A stretch of DNA of 64,000 nt from a bacterium (GTDB taxonomy: Bacteria; Electryoneota; Electryoneia; Electryoneales; Electryoneaceae): assembly GCA_020444425.1 (NCBI GenBank), contig JAHLLB010000011.1:19915-83914 (forward strand), read 5' to 3'. The stretch's first letter is position 1; every line of letters starts with the position of its first letter. The notes beneath the pieces are model-generated. The model searched no databases and was not told where the DNA came from. It saw only the letters and a list, made by a program, of their open reading frames with translations. A program made the translations under genes and the position numbers. Positions 62,150-64,000 of the stretch are shown one piece after another.

Positions 62150-64000
62150 TTACCTCACGAGCATCACCTTGCGCAGCTCGTTCAGCTGCCCGGGGATTTC
62201 CGCGCGGATGAAATAGACCCCGCTCGCAAGCTCTTGTGCATCAAACGTCAGTGTGTGCACACCGGCATTCATCCGGCCAGACCCCAGCGTCGCGACGCTC
62301 TGCCCCATCACGTTGAACGCGGTCACCTTCACCTCCGCCGCTTCCGGCAGGCTAAGCGTGACCGACGTGCTCGGGTTGAACGGGTTCGGGTACGCCTGCC
62401 CCAGCGCGTACGCCGACGGCAGCTCAACGTTCGTCACATCCTGCGCCGATTGCTTGTTGAGCACGCTCGCCATGGTTTGATCCGACCAGCTTCCGCCACC
62501 GTTGGGATCGTTCCCGGCTTTGAAAAACTGGAACGTATCGGTGGCACCGATCACATTCGGAAACTGCCCGACCCAGGCGTGGTAGGTGTACACTCCGCCC
62601 GGTGCCATCGCGGGCACCGATTGCGGCAGATCGGTAAACGTGGTCGTTCCGGGATTGAGATACAGCGGTACGTTGACCAGCGGGCCGTACATCGTGCCAC
62701 CGGGCAGCGTAACCGCCGACCACGCATCAACGAGGACCGTGTTCGGCAGGGCGCTGTGAACCGTCGCGTCGAAGTAAATACTTCCGCCGCTGGGCGGGAC
62801 AGTTGTCGACGTGCCGGTCAGCTCCAGGGTTACGCCGGATGGCGGCCGGCCGACATTGATCTCGAGATCGTCAATTGTGACACCGGAATAGACGTTGAAG
62901 TCGTCATCGGTGGTGTGCCGGAACGCGAGCCAGATCTGTTGGCCGACGTAGGCGCTGAGATCGAACGTAACCTCCTGCCACACTCCTGAACCAGCACCGC
63001 TGTTGTTGAAGCAGGGCTGGTAGCCGTTCGCGGGGATGCCACCGGGGTCGGAATAGCCCATTTCCGGTTCGAGTACGTCCCATGTTTGCATCCCGTCGAG
63101 GGAAACCTGCACGTTGTACCCGTCCGCGCCGGCTTCGTAGTTGTACCAGTGCCAGTAGCTGAGGAACGCCGAATCGTTCTCAATGAGGAAGGTTTCGGTG
63201 ACCAGCAGCCAGTCATCCCGGCTGTTGTTGTAGGAACCGGCGAGGATCGTGCTCCACGCGTTTTCTCCGCTGTGGGCACCGACCGGCCAGAAGGTGGGCT
63301 CACCGAATTGCCAATCGTCATAGTCGCCTGCGCTGAACGGTCCTTCGCCGATCTCGAAATCAGTCGCATAGGAACCGTTGAACGGTGTGGGGAACGGCAT
63401 CAGTTCGATATCGAACGTGTTGTCGCCCGGTTCAAGGTTGATCGTCGTTTCGAGGTCATAGTGATTGAGTGCTTCGACTGTCACGTCATACGTAAAGCCA
63501 CTGTACAATGCATCAAACTGGTAGTCGCCGTCCATATTCGTGGTGGTTGACCATAATCCCAACTGCACGAACGCATCCGCCAGCGGGTCCCCTGAGAGTG
63601 AATCGGTCACCGTGCCGGCCAGCGTTGCGTCCGCATCGGCGAGATAAATGCTGACCGCGAGTTCATCCTCGAGGTACAGGCTGTTGTAGACGACCTGCAG
63701 ATAGTCGCTGAGGTCGTCATTCTGAATGCCGACGGTACAGCTGTTGGTCGAGTAATCGTCGGAGATCTCTTCGTACTGGATCAGGATCTCGCCGTCGTCG
63801 AACAGGACAACCTGTGCGGTGACGGTTCCCATCGCGATATGCTCGACGTCGATGTAGGACAGAATCCACGCGTCCCGGTCACCCAGCGTTGCCTGGGCGT
63901 AGTAGACGTCGCCGTTCGCGCCGTTAACCACGTACCAGTCATCCCAGAACCAGAAGATGCTTGAATTGTCGGGCTGCCCGTGGTTGTACGGTAACGGCTG
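62150..64000 (-). CDS. Secreted T9SS-CTD protein, partial (5' end outside the window): NIDO-like, carboxypeptidase-regulatory-like, jelly-roll, Ig, CTD
   Basis: Frame is open to the window edge. FWDDW, TVGIQN, LAGTVTD, WQFGEP..AHSGENAW, GVTIDD, AYPNPFNPST. Confidence 0.87.
   Translation of the reverse strand, partial: QPLPYNHGQPDNSSIFWFWDDWYVVNGANGDVYYAQATLGDRDAWILSYIDVEHIAMGTVTAQVVLFDDGEILIQYEEISDDYSTNSCTVGIQNDDLSDYLQVVYNSLYLEDELAVSIYLADADATLAGTVTDSLSGDPLADAFVQLGLWSTTTNMDGDYQFDALYSGFTYDVTVEALNHYDLETTINLEPGDNTFDIELMPFPTPFNGSYATDFEIGEGPFSAGDYDDWQFGEPTFWPVGAHSGENAWSTILAGSYNNSRDDWLLVTETFLIENDSAFLSYWHWYNYEAGADGYNVQVSLDGMQTWDVLEPEMGYSDPGGIPANGYQPCFNNSGAGSGVWQEVTFDLSAYVGQQIWLAFRHTTDDDFNVYSGVTIDDLEINVGRPPSGVTLELTGTSTTVPPSGGSIYFDATVHSALPNTVLVDAWSAVTLPGGTMYGPLVNVPLYLNPGTTTFTDLPQSVPAMAPGGVYTYHAWVGQFPNVIGATDTFQFFKAGNDPNGGGSWSDQTMASVLNKQSAQDVTNVELPSAYALGQAYPNPFNPSTSVTLSLPEAAEVKVTAFNVMGQSVATLGSGRMNAGVHTLTFDAQELASGVYFIRAEIPGQLNELRKVMLVR

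Noticed and set aside
59344-62420. Similar CTD regions as a DGR template/variable repeat pair
   Set aside because: The differences are largely synonymous and not adenine-specific, both copies are coding, and no reverse transcriptase is present.

Overview
GC-rich bacterial chromosome window. The many C-terminal 'YPNPFNP..T...SG.YF' sorting domains and PorV-family genes point to an FCB-superphylum organism with a type IX secretion system (T9SS); this taxonomy is inferred. Four parts. (1) A secreted S8 peptidase followed by a PorV-family gene. (2) A ~16.6-kb island with no visible integrase, inserted in tRNA-Lys(CTT) (41-bp direct repeat at 3812-3852 and 20372-20412). Its intact cargo is all signal transduction: a degenerate histidine kinase (HK), a sigma54 activator with a consensus -24/-12 promoter and UAS-like repeats, two hybrid kinases and an MCP. 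It also holds IS30 and IS630 remnants. (3) A housekeeping stretch: ROK, DUF1684, tmk, HAD, crotonase, queG, rseC-like, degenerate HD-GYP, PAS kinase, C25 peptidase, lipid kinase and tRNA-Arg. Its intergenic spaces carry several families of REP/MITE-like palindromes, including a triple-nested inverted-repeat structure. (4) A ~22-kb minus-strand cell-surface locus. A six-gene operon with no SusD gene encodes a TonB-dependent receptor, a CTD protein, PorV, a giant CTD protein with an apparently inactive M30-like peptidase domain, a TPR lipoprotein and another CTD protein. Upstream lies a tandem array of modular T9SS cargo genes, two of which share an unrecognised N-terminal domain with the operon's last gene. 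Part 4 is the best candidate for an undescribed system. All family calls come from motifs read by eye; no searches were run.
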